From: Porticoccaceae bacterium
Lineage (GTDB): Bacteria > Pseudomonadota > Gammaproteobacteria > Pseudomonadales > Porticoccaceae
Assembly: GCA_964229255.1 (NCBI GenBank)
Contig: CAXRCX010000011.1
Location: 141,546-205,545, forward strand
Length of the DNA stretch: 64,000 nt
Direction: 5' to 3'
Positions 1 through 13,295 of the stretch are shown piece by piece; the stretch's first letter is position 1, and each line of letters opens with the position of its first letter. A program made the position numbers and the translations under genes. Under the pieces are notes generated by a model. That model had not been told where the DNA came from. It was given only the letters and a program-made list of their open reading frames with translations, and ran no database searches.

Positions 1-2139
1 ACCGGGAACAACCACACCGGATGACGCAGCTTCGTCGGTTATTTCAGAGAGATAATTAGGTTCGCCGCGTCGCTTCCAATCAGCAACTACTTTGTGGACT
101 TCGTGATCATCGACAAACGCGCCGTGAATTCTCTCTGGAACACTTGAACCCGGTGGTAGATACAACATATCACCGTGGCCTAAAAGCTGTTCTGCGCCCC
201 CCTGATCTAAAATTGTTCTAGAATCAATTTTAGAGGACACCTGAAAGCCTATTCGCGAGGGAACATTGGCTTTGATTAAGCCAGTGATAACATCGACTGA
301 GGGTCGCTGGGTTGCAAGGATCAAATGAATGCCAGCCGCCCTAGCCTTCTGGGCAATTCGCGCAATCAATTGCTCTACCTTTTTGCCGACAATCATCATC
401 ATATCGGCAAATTCATCAACTACCACAACAATATAAGGCAGATTTTCAAGAATTGGAGCCTCAGGTGGTTCCTGTGTTTCATCCCAACCCATCTCATCGG
501 GGTTAAATACCCACAGCGGATCGGTAATTGGATTACCTGATTTATTAGCATCTTCAATTTTACGGTTATAACCGGCGATATTTCGCACACCTAGGGCAGC
601 CATTAGCTTATAGCGGCGCTCCATTTCGCCAACACACCAGCGAAGACCGCTAGACGCGTCTTTCATATCGGTAATCACTGGCGTTAAAAGATGGGGAATA
701 TCGTCATACACCGATAATTCCAGCATCTTTGGATCAATCAGTATTAATTTTACCTCTTCTGGAGAGGCTTTAAACAACAGACTTAATAGCATGGCGTTAA
801 TGCCGACTGACTTACCCGATCCTGTGGTACCTGCAACCAGTAAGTGTGGCATTTTAGCCAGATCTGCAACTACAGGAACGCCGGCGATATCATTGCCGAG
901 GGCGAGTGTTAATGGCGAGTTTGAACTATCATAGGCATCAGAGGTAAGTACCTCGCTGAGCCGCACCATTTCTCTGGTCTCATTGGGTATTTCAATACCA
1001 ACCACAGATTTTCCTTGAATAACTTCAACCACGCGTACACTAATCACGGCCATGGAGCGCGCTAAATCCTTGGCTAATCCAGTGATTCGACTCACTTTGA
1101 TGCCTGCCGCCGGTTGGATTTCAAATCGAGTAACCACTGGCCCTGGAAGAACTTCAACCACCGTAGCGCTAATACCAAAATCCTGTAGTTTTACCTCTAA
1201 AAGGCGTGATAAATGCTCGAGAGATTCATCTGAAAAGCCGGTATTAGAGGATTTGTCATGGACATCTAGAAGGTTTAGCGGCGGCAGCACACCAACCAGT
1301 TTTTCATCGACAAATAGGGGCTGCTGCTTTTCCCGTTCGACCCGCTTACTGTTTTTAGCTTTAACTTCTGGTGCACTAATAGTTACCGGTTTGCGCTGTT
1401 TCTTCATTTTAGTGGCAGCTTCAACTTTACTTGAGCGCACTTCTTTAGCCTCTTTGGCAATAGTCTTTTCTATATGGCGGCGTCGAATTTCACTAAAAGT
1501 AGTGGCCATCCAGCCACCAAAGGCCATGCTGTAAACCCCTAGGCTATCAATAAGGGCAATCCATGAAATCTCTGCGAAAACCGTCAATCCAAAAAAGAAC
1601 AGCGAAAGTAATATAACTGTCGCACCAGTGAAGCTAAATACTTCCAGAACAGATTCACTGATGGTCTTTCCTAACACCCCACCAAAACCTGAGGGGTATA
1701 TAGTTAGGGAGTCATCAAACTGTATATTGGCCAAGGAGGTAGCACTTACCATCACTAGAACAAAACCAATAAGCCGCAAGCTAAAGGTTACTAGATCAAA
1801 TGGCATTGCTTCTTTCAGTAGACAGGTGCGTAAAATTTGTAGCGCTCGAGCGGCAAGTAAAAGTGGAAACAAAAATGCCATTGCGCCAAACAGATTAAAA
1901 AATATATCAGCAAACATGGCACCAGCAGGACCAATTGCATTTTCCACCTGATGACTGGTTGCAGTTTTAGACCATCCTGTGTCCTCAGGCGAGTAGCTTA
2001 ATAATGCGACCATCATAATTAGGCACAGTGCAATGCACCCTATCAGAGCACCCTCGGTTAAAAGCTGCTTTGATCTAGTTTCTGGCTCGCTGTGCTTGGT
2101 GGATGTCGAGTTATTTTGTTTTGTTTTTTTATTACTCAA
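1..2139 (-). CDS. ftsK: DNA translocase FtsK (3' end outside window)
   Basis: Not in the ORF track because it has no stop in the window. Manual minus-strand translation from TTG at 2139 gives N-terminal TM segments ([10 protein letters not shown]), Walker A ([10 protein letters not shown], ~815-845), DEFAD and [21 protein letters not shown] near the left edge. Start codon uncertain. Confidence 0.95.
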   Translation of the reverse strand, partial: MSNKKTKQNNSTSTKHSEPETRSKQLLTEGALIGCIALCLIMMVALLSYSPEDTGWSKTATSHQVENAIGPAGAMFADIFFNLFGAMAFLFPLLLAARALQILRTCLLKEAMPFDLVTFSLRLIGFVLVMVSATSLANIQFDDSLTIYPSGFGGVLGKTISESVLEVFSFTGATVILLSLFFFGLTVFAEISWIALIDSLGVYSMAFGGWMATTFSEIRRRHIEKTIAKEAKEVRSSKVEAATKMKKQRKPVTISAPEVKAKNSKRVEREKQQPLFVDEKLVGVLPPLNLLDVHDKSSNTGFSDESLEHLSRLLEVKLQDFGISATVVEVLPGPVVTRFEIQPAAGIKVSRITGLAKDLARSMAVISVRVVEVIQGKSVVGIEIPNETREMVRLSEVLTSDAYDSSNSPLTLALGNDIAGVPVVADLAKMPHLLVAGTTGSGKSVGINAMLLSLLFKASPEEVKLILIDPKMLELSVYDDIPHLLTPVITDMKDASSGLRWCVGEMERRYKLMAALGVRNIAGYNRKIEDANKSGNPITDPLWVFNPDEMGWDETQEPPEAPILENLPYIVVVVDEFADMMMIVGKKVEQLIARIAQKARAAGIHLILATQRPSVDVITGLIKANVPSRIGFQVSSKIDSRTILDQGGAEQLLGHGDMLYLPPGSSVPERIHGAFVDDHEVHKVVADWKRRGEPNYLSEITDEAASSGVVVPG

Positions 2140-2329
2140 TGTTAAAGCCCTATTAGCCCTGTAAAGCACTAATTGTAGCTTAATTTTGATGAAACACCAC
2201 GCTAAACGCGTATATTGATTAACTCTGTAAACAATTTAAAAAATTAATTGGTGACTTGATCAGGAATCATTATCATAATCACCCTAATATACGGTTTTTA
2301 GAAACCAAAAATTAACCTAGATATTTTGA

Positions 2330-3280
<951 letters not shown>

Positions 3281-3967
3281 ATGCAATTAGCAGTATTAGA
3301 TCCAATCAATCCAGTCTTTCCGGACCCTAATACTGCATTAGATGATCCAGATGGGCTACTGGCTGTAGGTGGCAATTTACAGCCAGATACCCTCCTCTCT
3401 GCATACTATAATGGGATTTTCCCTTGGTATAATAAAGACGATCCTATCCTTTGGTGGTCCCCCAGTACACGCTGTGTGATTAACCCGCTCGACCTTCATA
3501 TTTCTAAAAGCTTACAAAAATTATTGCGCCAACAAAGATTCACTATTTCTTTTGATCAAGCATTTGAGCAAGTAATAAACGCCTGTGCTCAACGAGACTC
3601 CAAGACTGATACTTGGATAAATAGCGATATGATTTCAGCTTACATCGCTTTAAAAAAATTGGGTGTAGCACACTCAGTTGAAGTTTGGCAGGGCTCTAGG
3701 CTGGTTGGTGGCGCCTACGGTGTGGCGATTGGTGCGGTATTTTGTGGCGAATCTATGTTTAGCAAAGAATCCAACGCCTCAAAAGTTGCACTTGTGCACC
3801 TATCGCAATATTTATCAGGCTTAGGGTTCCAGTTAATTGATTGTCAGCTTGCTTCTAGTCATCTTTTAACTATGGGCGCGAAATCATTGAAAAGACCTAA
3901 ATTTTTGCAGATTTTGCAAAAATTACGAAACATTAATACTGATTTTTCTCCAAGTAAATCACCTTAA
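3281..3967 (+). CDS. aat: Leucyl/phenylalanyl-tRNA-protein transferase
   Basis: DGLLAVGG, GIFPW, LWWSP, AHSVEVW, FCGESMFS, ASKVAL motifs. Confidence 0.97.
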   Translation: MQLAVLDPINPVFPDPNTALDDPDGLLAVGGNLQPDTLLSAYYNGIFPWYNKDDPILWWSPSTRCVINPLDLHISKSLQKLLRQQRFTISFDQAFEQVINACAQRDSKTDTWINSDMISAYIALKKLGVAHSVEVWQGSRLVGGAYGVAIGAVFCGESMFSKESNASKVALVHLSQYLSGLGFQLIDCQLASSHLLTMGAKSLKRPKFLQILQKLRNINTDFSPSKSP

Positions 3968-4226
3968 TAAAAAGAATAAATCTCTAACGTTTTCAGAAAA
4001 ACAACCTACCAACCATAGTTTTAATAATCTATAAATATAAGCATAGATAAGTTTACTATTTTTAATGAAGTAGATCAGATGATATCAAATAGTTGAAAAG
4101 GATTTCATTATGTATCGATTCATAGAGCAATTCACAGCCTCAAACCATTATTTTTTCAATTGACTTTGCTATGTTGCTCAATTTAAGGCAAACTGCGCGC
4201 TTTTTACAGAGTACTAGAATTTACTT

Positions 4227-4445
4227 ATGGCAAAAGAAGATCACATAGAATTTGACGGCGAGGTTATTGATACCCTGCCAAACACCATGTTCAAGGTAAA
4301 ACTTGAAAATGACCATGTTATTACTGCGCATATCTCGGGAAAGATGCGAAAACATTACATCCGTATTTTGACGGGTGATAAGGTTAAGGTAGAAATGACA
4401 CCCTACGACCTGACCAAAGGCCGTATCACTTTCCGCGAAAGATAG
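4227..4445 (+). CDS. infA: Translation initiation factor IF-1
   Basis: MAKEDHIE...[12 protein letters not shown]...[19 protein letters not shown]; 72 aa. Confidence 0.99.
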   Translation: MAKEDHIEFDGEVIDTLPNTMFKVKLENDHVITAHISGKMRKHYIRILTGDKVKVEMTPYDLTKGRITFRER

Positions 4446-4460
4446 AAATCACAATGGCGC

Positions 4461-6755
4461 TTATGCTTCAGTAAGTTCCACGGCTGCAATTTCAATATCT
4501 AATTCTCCATCTTTGACCGATACAAAGACGGTTCCCCCACGTTGGCTGAGGGAGCCAAATAGTACTTCTTCGGCCAGAGGCTTCTTGATTTTATCCTGAA
4601 TAAGCCGATCCATTGGTCTAGCCCCCATTTTGTCATCATAGCCATTAACCGCAAGCCAGTTTCTGGCTTCGCTGTCGACACTGAGGAAAACTTTCTTTTC
4701 ATCCAACTGGTTTTGTAATTTAACTAAAAATTTATCAACAACAGTGGCTATAACATTTAGGGGTAAGCTGGCAAATTGAACAATGGTGTCGAGTCTATTT
4801 CTAAATTCAGGCGTAAAGGTTTTCTTAATATCAGTTAGCGCATCACTGCTATGATCCTGTCTGGCAAAGCCAATAGAGCTGCGATCTAAGCTTTCGGCGC
4901 CCGCATTAGTAGTCATAATTAAAATAATGTTGCGAAAATCTGTTTTGCGCCCATTGTTATCGGTCAATGTGCCGTGATCCATTACCTGAAGTAGTAGATT
5001 AAAGATATCTGGATGTGCTTTCTCAACCTCGTCCAGTAAAACCACTGCATGAGGTTGCTTAGCCACTGCTTCGGTTAACAGGCCTCCCTGATCAAAGCCA
5101 ACATAACCTGGAGGCGCCCCAATTAGGCGAGATACCGCATGTCGCTCCATATACTCAGACATATCAAAGCGCACTAAAGGTATTCCCAATAATTTTGCCA
5201 GCTGTCTACTCATTTCTGTTTTACCGACACCAGTGGGGCCGGCAAAAAGGAAACTACCAATAGGACGCTCACCTTCTCTTAAGCCCGCACGAGCGAGTTT
5301 AATTGCACTGGTCAATGCATCGATAGCCGGATCTTGACCAAATACAACTAGACGCAGTTGATCATTAAGAGCTTTGAGCTTGGATCGATCTGAAGTGGAA
5401 ACGGTTTTAGCAGGTATCTGTGCGATTTTTGACACCATTAACTCAATGTCTGTAACACCAATGGTTTTTTTCTGACGACTTTTTGGTTGTAGTCGCTGAA
5501 AAGCACCGGCCTCGTCGATAACATCAATTGCCTTATCGGGTAAAAAGCGATCAGAAATATGCTTGGCAGAAAGATCGGCCGCTGCTTTTAGCGCAGTATT
5601 GGTAAATTTTAGATTGTGATGGGATTCAAATTTTTCTCTCAACCCTTTGAGGATAAGATAGGTATCCGCTGGCGAGGGTTCAATAACATCAACTTTTTGG
5701 AAGCGTCGTGATAGCGCTCGATCCTTGTCAAAAATCTCTCGATATTCTTGAAAAGTTGTGGAGCCAAAGCAGCGCAATTGCCCCGAGGATAATAATGGCT
5801 TGAGTAAGTTAGAGGCATCCATTACCCCGCCTGAGGCTGAACCTGCACCAATGATGGTATGAATTTCGTCAATAAATAAAATACTTTCTCCATGATCAAG
5901 CAATTCATTAACCAGACCTTTTAGGCGTTTTTCAAAATCTCCTCTGTATTTCGTGCCGGCCAATAAACCGCCGAGGTCGAGTGAATAAATAGTGAAATCA
6001 AGTAAGGGCTCTGGCGCATCTCCCTTAACAATCATTTGAGCGAGACCCTCAGCTATAGCAGTTTTACCAACACCAGATTCACCCACCAGTAATGGGTTGT
6101 TTTTACGTCTGCGAATAAGTGTTTGGCACACTCGATCAAGTTCCGTAGACCGGCCAACGAGTGGATCTAGGGATCCCTGCTCTGCCGCTAGATTGAGATT
6201 GACGGTAAATTGAGAGAGTAACTGCCCGTCTGCAGCTTGATTGTCCTCAGAGCCTTTATTGGATTGGTGATATTCAGTCTCAATGCCTTCTGCAGAACTA
6301 TTTTCGTTGGATATTTTAGAAATGCCATGAGCTATGTAATTGACCACGTCGATACGAGCGATATTTTGTAAGCGTAAAAAATACACGGCCTGACTTTCTT
6401 GTTCACTAAAAATTGCAACAATAACATTGGCGCCGACAACCTCTTCGTTGCTGCTAGAACTAACTTGAAACACTGCTCGTTGCAGAACTCTTTGAAACCC
6501 ATGGGTGGGCTGAACATCAATATCATGATGGTGGCAATGGGTTTTGGGTATTTTTGAAATGGTTGCGTCTATAAATTCAATCAGATCCTGTCGCAATATA
6601 TTTAGATCAACGGCGCAGGCACTCAATACTTGTATCGCAGATTTATTATCGAGTAGAGCTAGCAAAAGGTGCTCAACAGTCATAAATTCGTGCCGTTTCT
6701 CTTGTGCGTTTTTGTAGGCGCGATTGAGTGTTAATTCTAAATCTTTGCTGAGCAT
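4461..6755 (-). CDS. clpA: ATP-dependent Clp protease ATP-binding subunit ClpA
   Basis: Likely start MLSKDLE at 6755 rather than the track start 6833; RHEFMTVEHLL N-domain, two AAA+ modules (GESGVGKT, GPTGVGKT); downstream of clpS. Confidence 0.97.
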   Translation of the reverse strand: MLSKDLELTLNRAYKNAQEKRHEFMTVEHLLLALLDNKSAIQVLSACAVDLNILRQDLIEFIDATISKIPKTHCHHHDIDVQPTHGFQRVLQRAVFQVSSSSNEEVVGANVIVAIFSEQESQAVYFLRLQNIARIDVVNYIAHGISKISNENSSAEGIETEYHQSNKGSEDNQAADGQLLSQFTVNLNLAAEQGSLDPLVGRSTELDRVCQTLIRRRKNNPLLVGESGVGKTAIAEGLAQMIVKGDAPEPLLDFTIYSLDLGGLLAGTKYRGDFEKRLKGLVNELLDHGESILFIDEIHTIIGAGSASGGVMDASNLLKPLLSSGQLRCFGSTTFQEYREIFDKDRALSRRFQKVDVIEPSPADTYLILKGLREKFESHHNLKFTNTALKAAADLSAKHISDRFLPDKAIDVIDEAGAFQRLQPKSRQKKTIGVTDIELMVSKIAQIPAKTVSTSDRSKLKALNDQLRLVVFGQDPAIDALTSAIKLARAGLREGERPIGSFLFAGPTGVGKTEMSRQLAKLLGIPLVRFDMSEYMERHAVSRLIGAPPGYVGFDQGGLLTEAVAKQPHAVVLLDEVEKAHPDIFNLLLQVMDHGTLTDNNGRKTDFRNIILIMTTNAGAESLDRSSIGFARQDHSSDALTDIKKTFTPEFRNRLDTIVQFASLPLNVIATVVDKFLVKLQNQLDEKKVFLSVDSEARNWLAVNGYDDKMGARPMDRLIQDKIKKPLAEEVLFGSLSQRGGTVFVSVKDGELDIEIAAVELTEA

Positions 6756-6768
6756 ATTAAGGCTCTTT

Positions 6769-7098
6769 CTAGTTGCAGGGTTCAAATTCACAGCGTAATG
6801 GGTGTTGATTCGACTGTGAGTATTCATTGACAAGTGTAGCCTTAGTTGCGGCTACATCTTCAGTATATATGCCACATACGCCTCTTCCAGCATGGTGTAT
6901 TTCGTACATTATCTTTGTGGCCTTTTCATGTGAGTGATAGAAAAACAGCTGCAAAAGTTCAACGACAAAATCCATAGGAGTATAGTCATCATTCAAGAGA
7001 ACCACCTGATACATCGAAGGTTCTTTGAGCTGTGGCTTGGCTTCCTGAAACGCGGTATCACCATGGTCAAAAATCGACGTCTGATTTTGATCGCTCAT
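6769..7098 (-). CDS. clpS: Clp protease adaptor ClpS
   Basis: [20 protein letters not shown] and [10 protein letters not shown] motifs; likely start MSDQN at 7098. Confidence 0.97.
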   Translation of the reverse strand: MSDQNQTSIFDHGDTAFQEAKPQLKEPSMYQVVLLNDDYTPMDFVVELLQLFFYHSHEKATKIMYEIHHAGRGVCGIYTEDVAATKATLVNEYSQSNQHPLRCEFEPCN

Positions 7099-7293
7099 AT
7101 TTGATAACCTATATATATTTTTACGCAACATAGTTAATTTTATACCACAAGTTTAAAGCAGGATGTAAATTTACCTAAAAAAATAAAAAGCCGAGACTCA
7201 TACCTAAAAGTATTCAAATACTTACTATACTTAGGTTGAGTGAATATTAATCACTTTTTTAACTGCTAAATACAAGGATTAAGGCGATACATT

Positions 7294-7530
7294 ATGGCAG
7301 ATTCAGGGATGATTAAATGGTTCAGTAATGCCAAAGGATTTGGATTTATTGTGAACGAAAATGGCACTCAGGATATATTTGTTCACTACAGTTCAATTTT
7401 GAGCGATGGCTGCAGAACACTTAAATCAGGTCAAATAGTTAATTTTGATATCAAGGATGGCGAAAAAGGCTTACATGCTAAAAATGTTATTACAATTGGC
7501 CGTAACATTAAACGCAGAAAGAACCATTAG
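7294..7530 (+). CDS. cspD: Cold-shock domain protein CspD
   Basis: KWFSNAKGFGFI (RNP1), DIFVHYS (RNP2); canonical position between clpS and icd. Confidence 0.93.
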   Translation: MADSGMIKWFSNAKGFGFIVNENGTQDIFVHYSSILSDGCRTLKSGQIVNFDIKDGEKGLHAKNVITIGRNIKRRKNH

Positions 7531-7570
7531 CTTTTGGCAGTTAAATTATAGTGTATGAAATAAACTAATA

Positions 7571-7607
7571 AGCTGCCCTAACCGATCAGTGACCAATTAG
7601 AGCAGCT
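7571..7607. terminator. Hairpin between convergent cspD and icd, probable terminator
   Basis: AGCTGCCCTAA-15 nt-TTAGAGCAGCT inverted repeat (1 mismatch), followed by GATTTTTT. Confidence 0.5.
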
Positions 7608-7620
7608 GATTTTTTAGGTG

Positions 7621-8874
7621 TTACATGTTGGCAATAATAGCATCGCCAAATTCAGAGCATGATTTTAATTCAGCATCATCCATAAGACGCTCGAAATCAT
7701 AGGTTACAGTCTTGTTTGAAATAGCCCCCTCAATACCAGAGACAACAAGATCTGCGGCATCGAACCAGCCTAGATGACGCAGCATCATTTCTGCTGACAG
7801 AATCAATGACCCCGGGTTTACCTTATCCTGACCAGCGTATTTTGGTGCGGTACCATGTGTTGCTTCAAAGATAGCCACATCGTCTGAAAGGTTAGCGCCG
7901 GGAGCGATACCTATACCGCCAACCTGTGCAGCTAGCGCATCGGAGATATAGTCACCATTCAGGTTAAGTGTCGCTAAGACGCTGTACTCATCGGGTCTTA
8001 GAATAATTTGCTGAAGCATAGCGTCGGCAATTACATCTTTAATAATGATTTGCTCACCTGTGTTTGGGTTTTTAATCACATGCCAAGGCCCACCATCGAG
8101 AGGTTCTGCACCAAACTGCTCGCGAGCTACCTCATAACCCCATTCACAGAATGCACCCTCGGTAAATTTCATGATATTGCCCTTGTGTACAAGAGTAACC
8201 GATGGTTTGTTCTGATCGATTGCATATTGGATGGCCTTTGAAACAAGACGCTTGGTGCCCTGCTCCGATACCGGCTTTACACCGATACCACAGTTTTGAT
8301 CAAATCGAATTTTCTTAACACCCATCTGATTCTGTAAGAAGTCAATAACTTGGCCTGCTTCTTCAGTGCCAGCACGCCATTCAATACCCGCATAAATATC
8401 TTCTGAATTTTCACGGAAGATGCACATATCGACTTTATTAGGCTCTTTAACTGGTGAGGGAACCCCAGCAAACCATCGCACTGGACGCTGACACACAAAG
8501 AGGTCTAATTCTTGACGAAGAGCAACATTAAGTGATCTAAAGCCACCGCCAACTGGCGTAGTCAGTGGTCCTTTGATGGATACAGCATATTCTTTAATGG
8601 CTTCCAGTGTTTCTGCAGGGAACCAATCGCCATCGTATTTATCAGCAGCTTTTTCACCACAGAATACTTCCATCCATGAAATCTGCTTTTCACCGCCATA
8701 GGCTTTGTCTACGGCCGCATCGATGACTTTAATCATCACAGGGGTAATATCAAAACCAATACCATCGCCTTCGATATAAGGAATAATTGGGTTGTTTGGT
8801 ACATTGAGGCTTAAGTCGCCATTAACTGTAATCTTTTCGCCAGATTGCGGAATCTGGATATGCTGATATCCCAT
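7621..8874 (-). CDS. icd: NADP-dependent isocitrate dehydrogenase (E. coli-type dimeric)
   Basis: [60 protein letters not shown]. Confidence 0.98.
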   Translation of the reverse strand: MGYQHIQIPQSGEKITVNGDLSLNVPNNPIIPYIEGDGIGFDITPVMIKVIDAAVDKAYGGEKQISWMEVFCGEKAADKYDGDWFPAETLEAIKEYAVSIKGPLTTPVGGGFRSLNVALRQELDLFVCQRPVRWFAGVPSPVKEPNKVDMCIFRENSEDIYAGIEWRAGTEEAGQVIDFLQNQMGVKKIRFDQNCGIGVKPVSEQGTKRLVSKAIQYAIDQNKPSVTLVHKGNIMKFTEGAFCEWGYEVAREQFGAEPLDGGPWHVIKNPNTGEQIIIKDVIADAMLQQIILRPDEYSVLATLNLNGDYISDALAAQVGGIGIAPGANLSDDVAIFEATHGTAPKYAGQDKVNPGSLILSAEMMLRHLGWFDAADLVVSGIEGAISNKTVTYDFERLMDDAELKSCSEFGDAIIANM

Positions 8875-9004
8875 TAAGATTCTCCATGGAGTGCTGTAAA
8901 AGTGTGTGAAATGGTTCTGTAAAAATAAACGCGCGCATTTTACACGTTTTTACGCGATTTTTTAACCCTGTTTCCTATAGAATATCGCTTTTCGAGGAAA
9001 ATCA

Positions 9005-9583
9005 GTGCCAAAATTGGTTTTATTTAACAAGCCCTACCATGTGTTGAGTCAATTTACTGATGAGGCAGGGCGAAACACACTGGCAGATTTTATAAATCTT
9101 AAGGGTGTCTACCCCGCTGGTCGCCTAGATTACGACTCCGAGGGCTTGATGCTTCTCACTGATAGCGGCCAGTTGCAATCTTTGATTAGTCATCCAAAGC
9201 ACAAATTAGTAAAAACTTATTGGGCACAGGTGGAGGGAACCGTCGAGCCCCATCATTGTAAGTACCTGAAGATGGGTGTTGATTTGAAAGATGGACCTGC
9301 AAAAGCAATAAGTTGTCGACCAATGCAACCGCCGCAATTATGGGATAGAGTGCCCCCGATTAGGCAGAGAAAAACAGTTCCCGATAGTTGGATTGAACTC
9401 AGTATTGCTGAAGGACGTAACCGTCAGGTACGCAGAATGACTGCTGCCGTTGACTTGCCCACCCTGAGACTAGTTCGAGCTGAAATTGGCCAATTAAGTG
9501 TTGAAAGTATAGCTTTGGGACAGACACGGGTTTTGGAAGGAAAAAGTGCCACTGACATTTACACTCGATATTTAAAAGGTTGA
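9005..9583 (+). CDS. rluE: 23S rRNA pseudouridine synthase RluE-like
   Basis: LFNKPY, GRLDYDSEGL catalytic Asp motif, EGRNRQVRRMTAAV; GTG start; canonical position divergent from icd. Confidence 0.9.
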   Translation: MPKLVLFNKPYHVLSQFTDEAGRNTLADFINLKGVYPAGRLDYDSEGLMLLTDSGQLQSLISHPKHKLVKTYWAQVEGTVEPHHCKYLKMGVDLKDGPAKAISCRPMQPPQLWDRVPPIRQRKTVPDSWIELSIAEGRNRQVRRMTAAVDLPTLRLVRAEIGQLSVESIALGQTRVLEGKSATDIYTRYLKG

Positions 9584-9591
9584 TCATAATT

Positions 9592-10038
9592 ATGCCTGAT
9601 AAAATACACTTAACTGTAGCAACGGTTGTGGTTCGACAGAATCAGTACCTGATGGTGAAAGAATTCAATAGTGGTAAATTGGTGATTAATCAGCCGGCCG
9701 GACACGTGGAACCAGGTGAAGATATAATTGATGCCGCCATTAGAGAAACATACGAGGAAACTGGCTGGCATGTTGATATCAATGGCTTTATTGGCGTGTA
9801 CAGCTCTAAATCCCCTACCACTGGTGTTACCTATTATCGACTCGCTTTTTCTGCGGCGGTAGTGTCTGAGGATAAACACGCGACAATCGATACAGATATA
9901 CAGCAGGTTCTGTGGTTAAGTGCGGAGCAGATACGCCAAAATAGCAAGCAGTTGCGCAGTGATTTGGTTATTGAATGTCTAAATGATTTTGAGTATGGCG
10001 AAATATACCCTTTGGAAATATTTCGCACGCGTCTGTAA
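9592..10038 (+). CDS. nudJ: NUDIX hydrolase NudJ-like
   Basis: Nudix box GHVEPGEDIIDAAIRETYEETG, NQPAGH; between rluE and mnmA. ATG at 9592 preferred over the track TTG at 9580. Confidence 0.88.
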   Translation: MPDKIHLTVATVVVRQNQYLMVKEFNSGKLVINQPAGHVEPGEDIIDAAIRETYEETGWHVDINGFIGVYSSKSPTTGVTYYRLAFSAAVVSEDKHATIDTDIQQVLWLSAEQIRQNSKQLRSDLVIECLNDFEYGEIYPLEIFRTRL

Positions 10039-10072
10039 AATTAAGTACCACTAGTATTGAGAAGCATATTCT

Positions 10073-11164
10073 ATGAGCAACGCAGATAAAGTGATTGTCG
10101 GTATGTCCGGCGGGGTCGATAGTTCAGTAGCCGCCCTTCTCCTCAAACAGCAGGGTTATGTGGTTGAGGGTCTGTTTATGAAAAATTGGGATGAGGATGA
10201 TGGCTCTGAATATTGCACTGCTATTCAAGATCTTGAAGATGCACAACAGGTATGCGATAAGATCGGTATCCCCCTGCATACAGCCAATTTTGCTGCTGAT
10301 TATTGGGATAATGTATTCGAGCACTTTTTGGCGGAATATAAAGCGGGCCGTACGCCAAACCCAGATATTCTCTGCAATCGCGAAATCAAATTTAAAGTTT
10401 TCTTGCAATACGCTGAAATGTTAGGTGCGGCCCATATTGCTACTGGACATTATGTAAGGCGAGGAAATTTCGATGGTCAGGCAACGCTACTAAAGGGTCT
10501 CGATAACAATAAAGATCAGAGTTATTTCTTACATGCTGTCGAGGAGTCTGCCCTTAGTCGCTCTCTGTTTCCCGTGGGTGAATTGGATAAGTCGAAAGTA
10601 AGGAAGATAGCGGAAAAAAATGGTTTCGTTACATCCAAGAAAAAAGACAGTACGGGAATATGCTTTATTGGTGAGCGTCGATTTAGCGATTTTTTAAAGC
10701 AATATCTGCCTGCCAAACCCGGCAGAATGCTTACACCAGATGGTGTTGATATGGGTGAGCATCAGGGTCTTATGTTTTATACCCTTGGTCAACGCCAAGG
10801 TCTCGGTATTGGCGGCGTAAAAGATGCGGGTGATGAGCCCTGGTTTAGCCTGCAAAAAGATCTAGAAAATAATATTCTTATTGTTGGTCAAGGCACATCA
10901 CACCCGCTGTTGTTCAATAACAACTTATCGGCATCCTCTGTTCATTGGATTAACCCAATGCCAGATACAACTTTAGAATGTGTTGCAAAAACTCGCTATC
11001 GACAGCCGGATCAACAGTGTAAAATCAGTGTAGACGAAACTGGTGGTTACAAGGTTGTTTTTGATCAGCCGCAACGCGCGATTACGCCCGGTCAATCGGT
11101 AGTTTTTTACCATGGTGATCACTGCCTTGGCGGCGGCGTCATAGATAAGGCCTGGCAGTCATAA
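10073..11164 (+). CDS. mnmA: tRNA 2-thiouridine(34) synthase MnmA
   Basis: SGGVDS PP-loop, [35 protein letters not shown]. Confidence 0.98.
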   Translation: MSNADKVIVGMSGGVDSSVAALLLKQQGYVVEGLFMKNWDEDDGSEYCTAIQDLEDAQQVCDKIGIPLHTANFAADYWDNVFEHFLAEYKAGRTPNPDILCNREIKFKVFLQYAEMLGAAHIATGHYVRRGNFDGQATLLKGLDNNKDQSYFLHAVEESALSRSLFPVGELDKSKVRKIAEKNGFVTSKKKDSTGICFIGERRFSDFLKQYLPAKPGRMLTPDGVDMGEHQGLMFYTLGQRQGLGIGGVKDAGDEPWFSLQKDLENNILIVGQGTSHPLLFNNNLSASSVHWINPMPDTTLECVAKTRYRQPDQQCKISVDETGGYKVVFDQPQRAITPGQSVVFYHGDHCLGGGVIDKAWQS

Positions 11165-11191
11165 GCTTTTATAACTACAGAGATATATATT

Positions 11192-11815
11192 TTGTTTTCA
11201 AAGCCAACAGAACCGCAGGCTCTTGCCTTAGCTGCTATTTTTCAGGCCTCAAATCAGGTCTATAAGCTTGCATATACAGGTGATTCCGAAAGGGAAAAAA
11301 TGTACTTTTCTATGTCCACACTGCTCAACCAAAATCCCGATTCTCTAGAGCAACTCTATGGCCCTGTGGAAAACTTACAAGATGGCATCAACACCATGCA
11401 GGGCTTTATGGCAAATGCCAACAAAATTTCTGACCCAAAGCACAAAGAAGTGATTAGCTATGTTATGTCATCTATTCACTTGGCTACTAAGCTGACATCT
11501 GATAAGCAGTTGCTGAGCCAAATTGAAAATGGTATCAACAATGCTCGGCTGCAGGCTGAGCATTTTTCTATTACTCATGACAATGTTTATACCAATATTG
11601 CCTCACTGTATCAGGATACCGTCAGTACCATGCGTTTAAGAATTCAGGTAATGGGCTCGGCAGTTTACCTTCAGCAAACTGGTGTGGCAGCACGAATTCG
11701 CTGTATGTTATTTTGCGCGATTAGGAGTGCCTTCTTATGGCGACAATTGGGCGGTAAAAGACGCCATCTTTTAATTCAGCGCAAAGCCTTTCTCAAAGTT
11801 ATCGATCAGCTTTAA
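11192..11815 (+). CDS. hflD: High frequency lysogenization protein HflD
   Basis: ALAAIFQA, LASLYQDTVS-like, RIQVMG, AIRSAFLWRQLGG; conserved mnmA-hflD-purB order. Confidence 0.9.
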   Translation: MFSKPTEPQALALAAIFQASNQVYKLAYTGDSEREKMYFSMSTLLNQNPDSLEQLYGPVENLQDGINTMQGFMANANKISDPKHKEVISYVMSSIHLATKLTSDKQLLSQIENGINNARLQAEHFSITHDNVYTNIASLYQDTVSTMRLRIQVMGSAVYLQQTGVAARIRCMLFCAIRSAFLWRQLGGKRRHLLIQRKAFLKVIDQL

Positions 11816-11860
11816 ATTTGCCTGTTACTGCCTCGAAGCAACTCTGAAATCTATTTGTAA

Positions 11861-13288
<1,428 letters not shown>

Positions 13289-13295
13289 TACAGCC

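Noticed and set aside
325-1951. Plus-strand ORFs 325-540, 1052-1534 and 1628-1951
   Set aside because: Antisense shadows of ftsK, which the track missed because its stop lies outside the window; no recognisable motifs.
2262-2280. Fur-box-like sequence upstream of trxB (AGGAATCATTATCATAATC)
   Set aside because: About 14/19 match with only one good half-site in AT-rich DNA overlapping a likely -10; not distinguishable from chance.
7621-7800. icd 3' end and tRNA 3' ends as possible integration sites
   Set aside because: No integrase, duplicated att segment or phage genes adjacent.
8918-8944. TGTAAAA-N13-TTTTACA inverted repeat between icd and rluE
   Set aside because: AT-rich 7-bp arms, no second copy seen and no regulator assignable.
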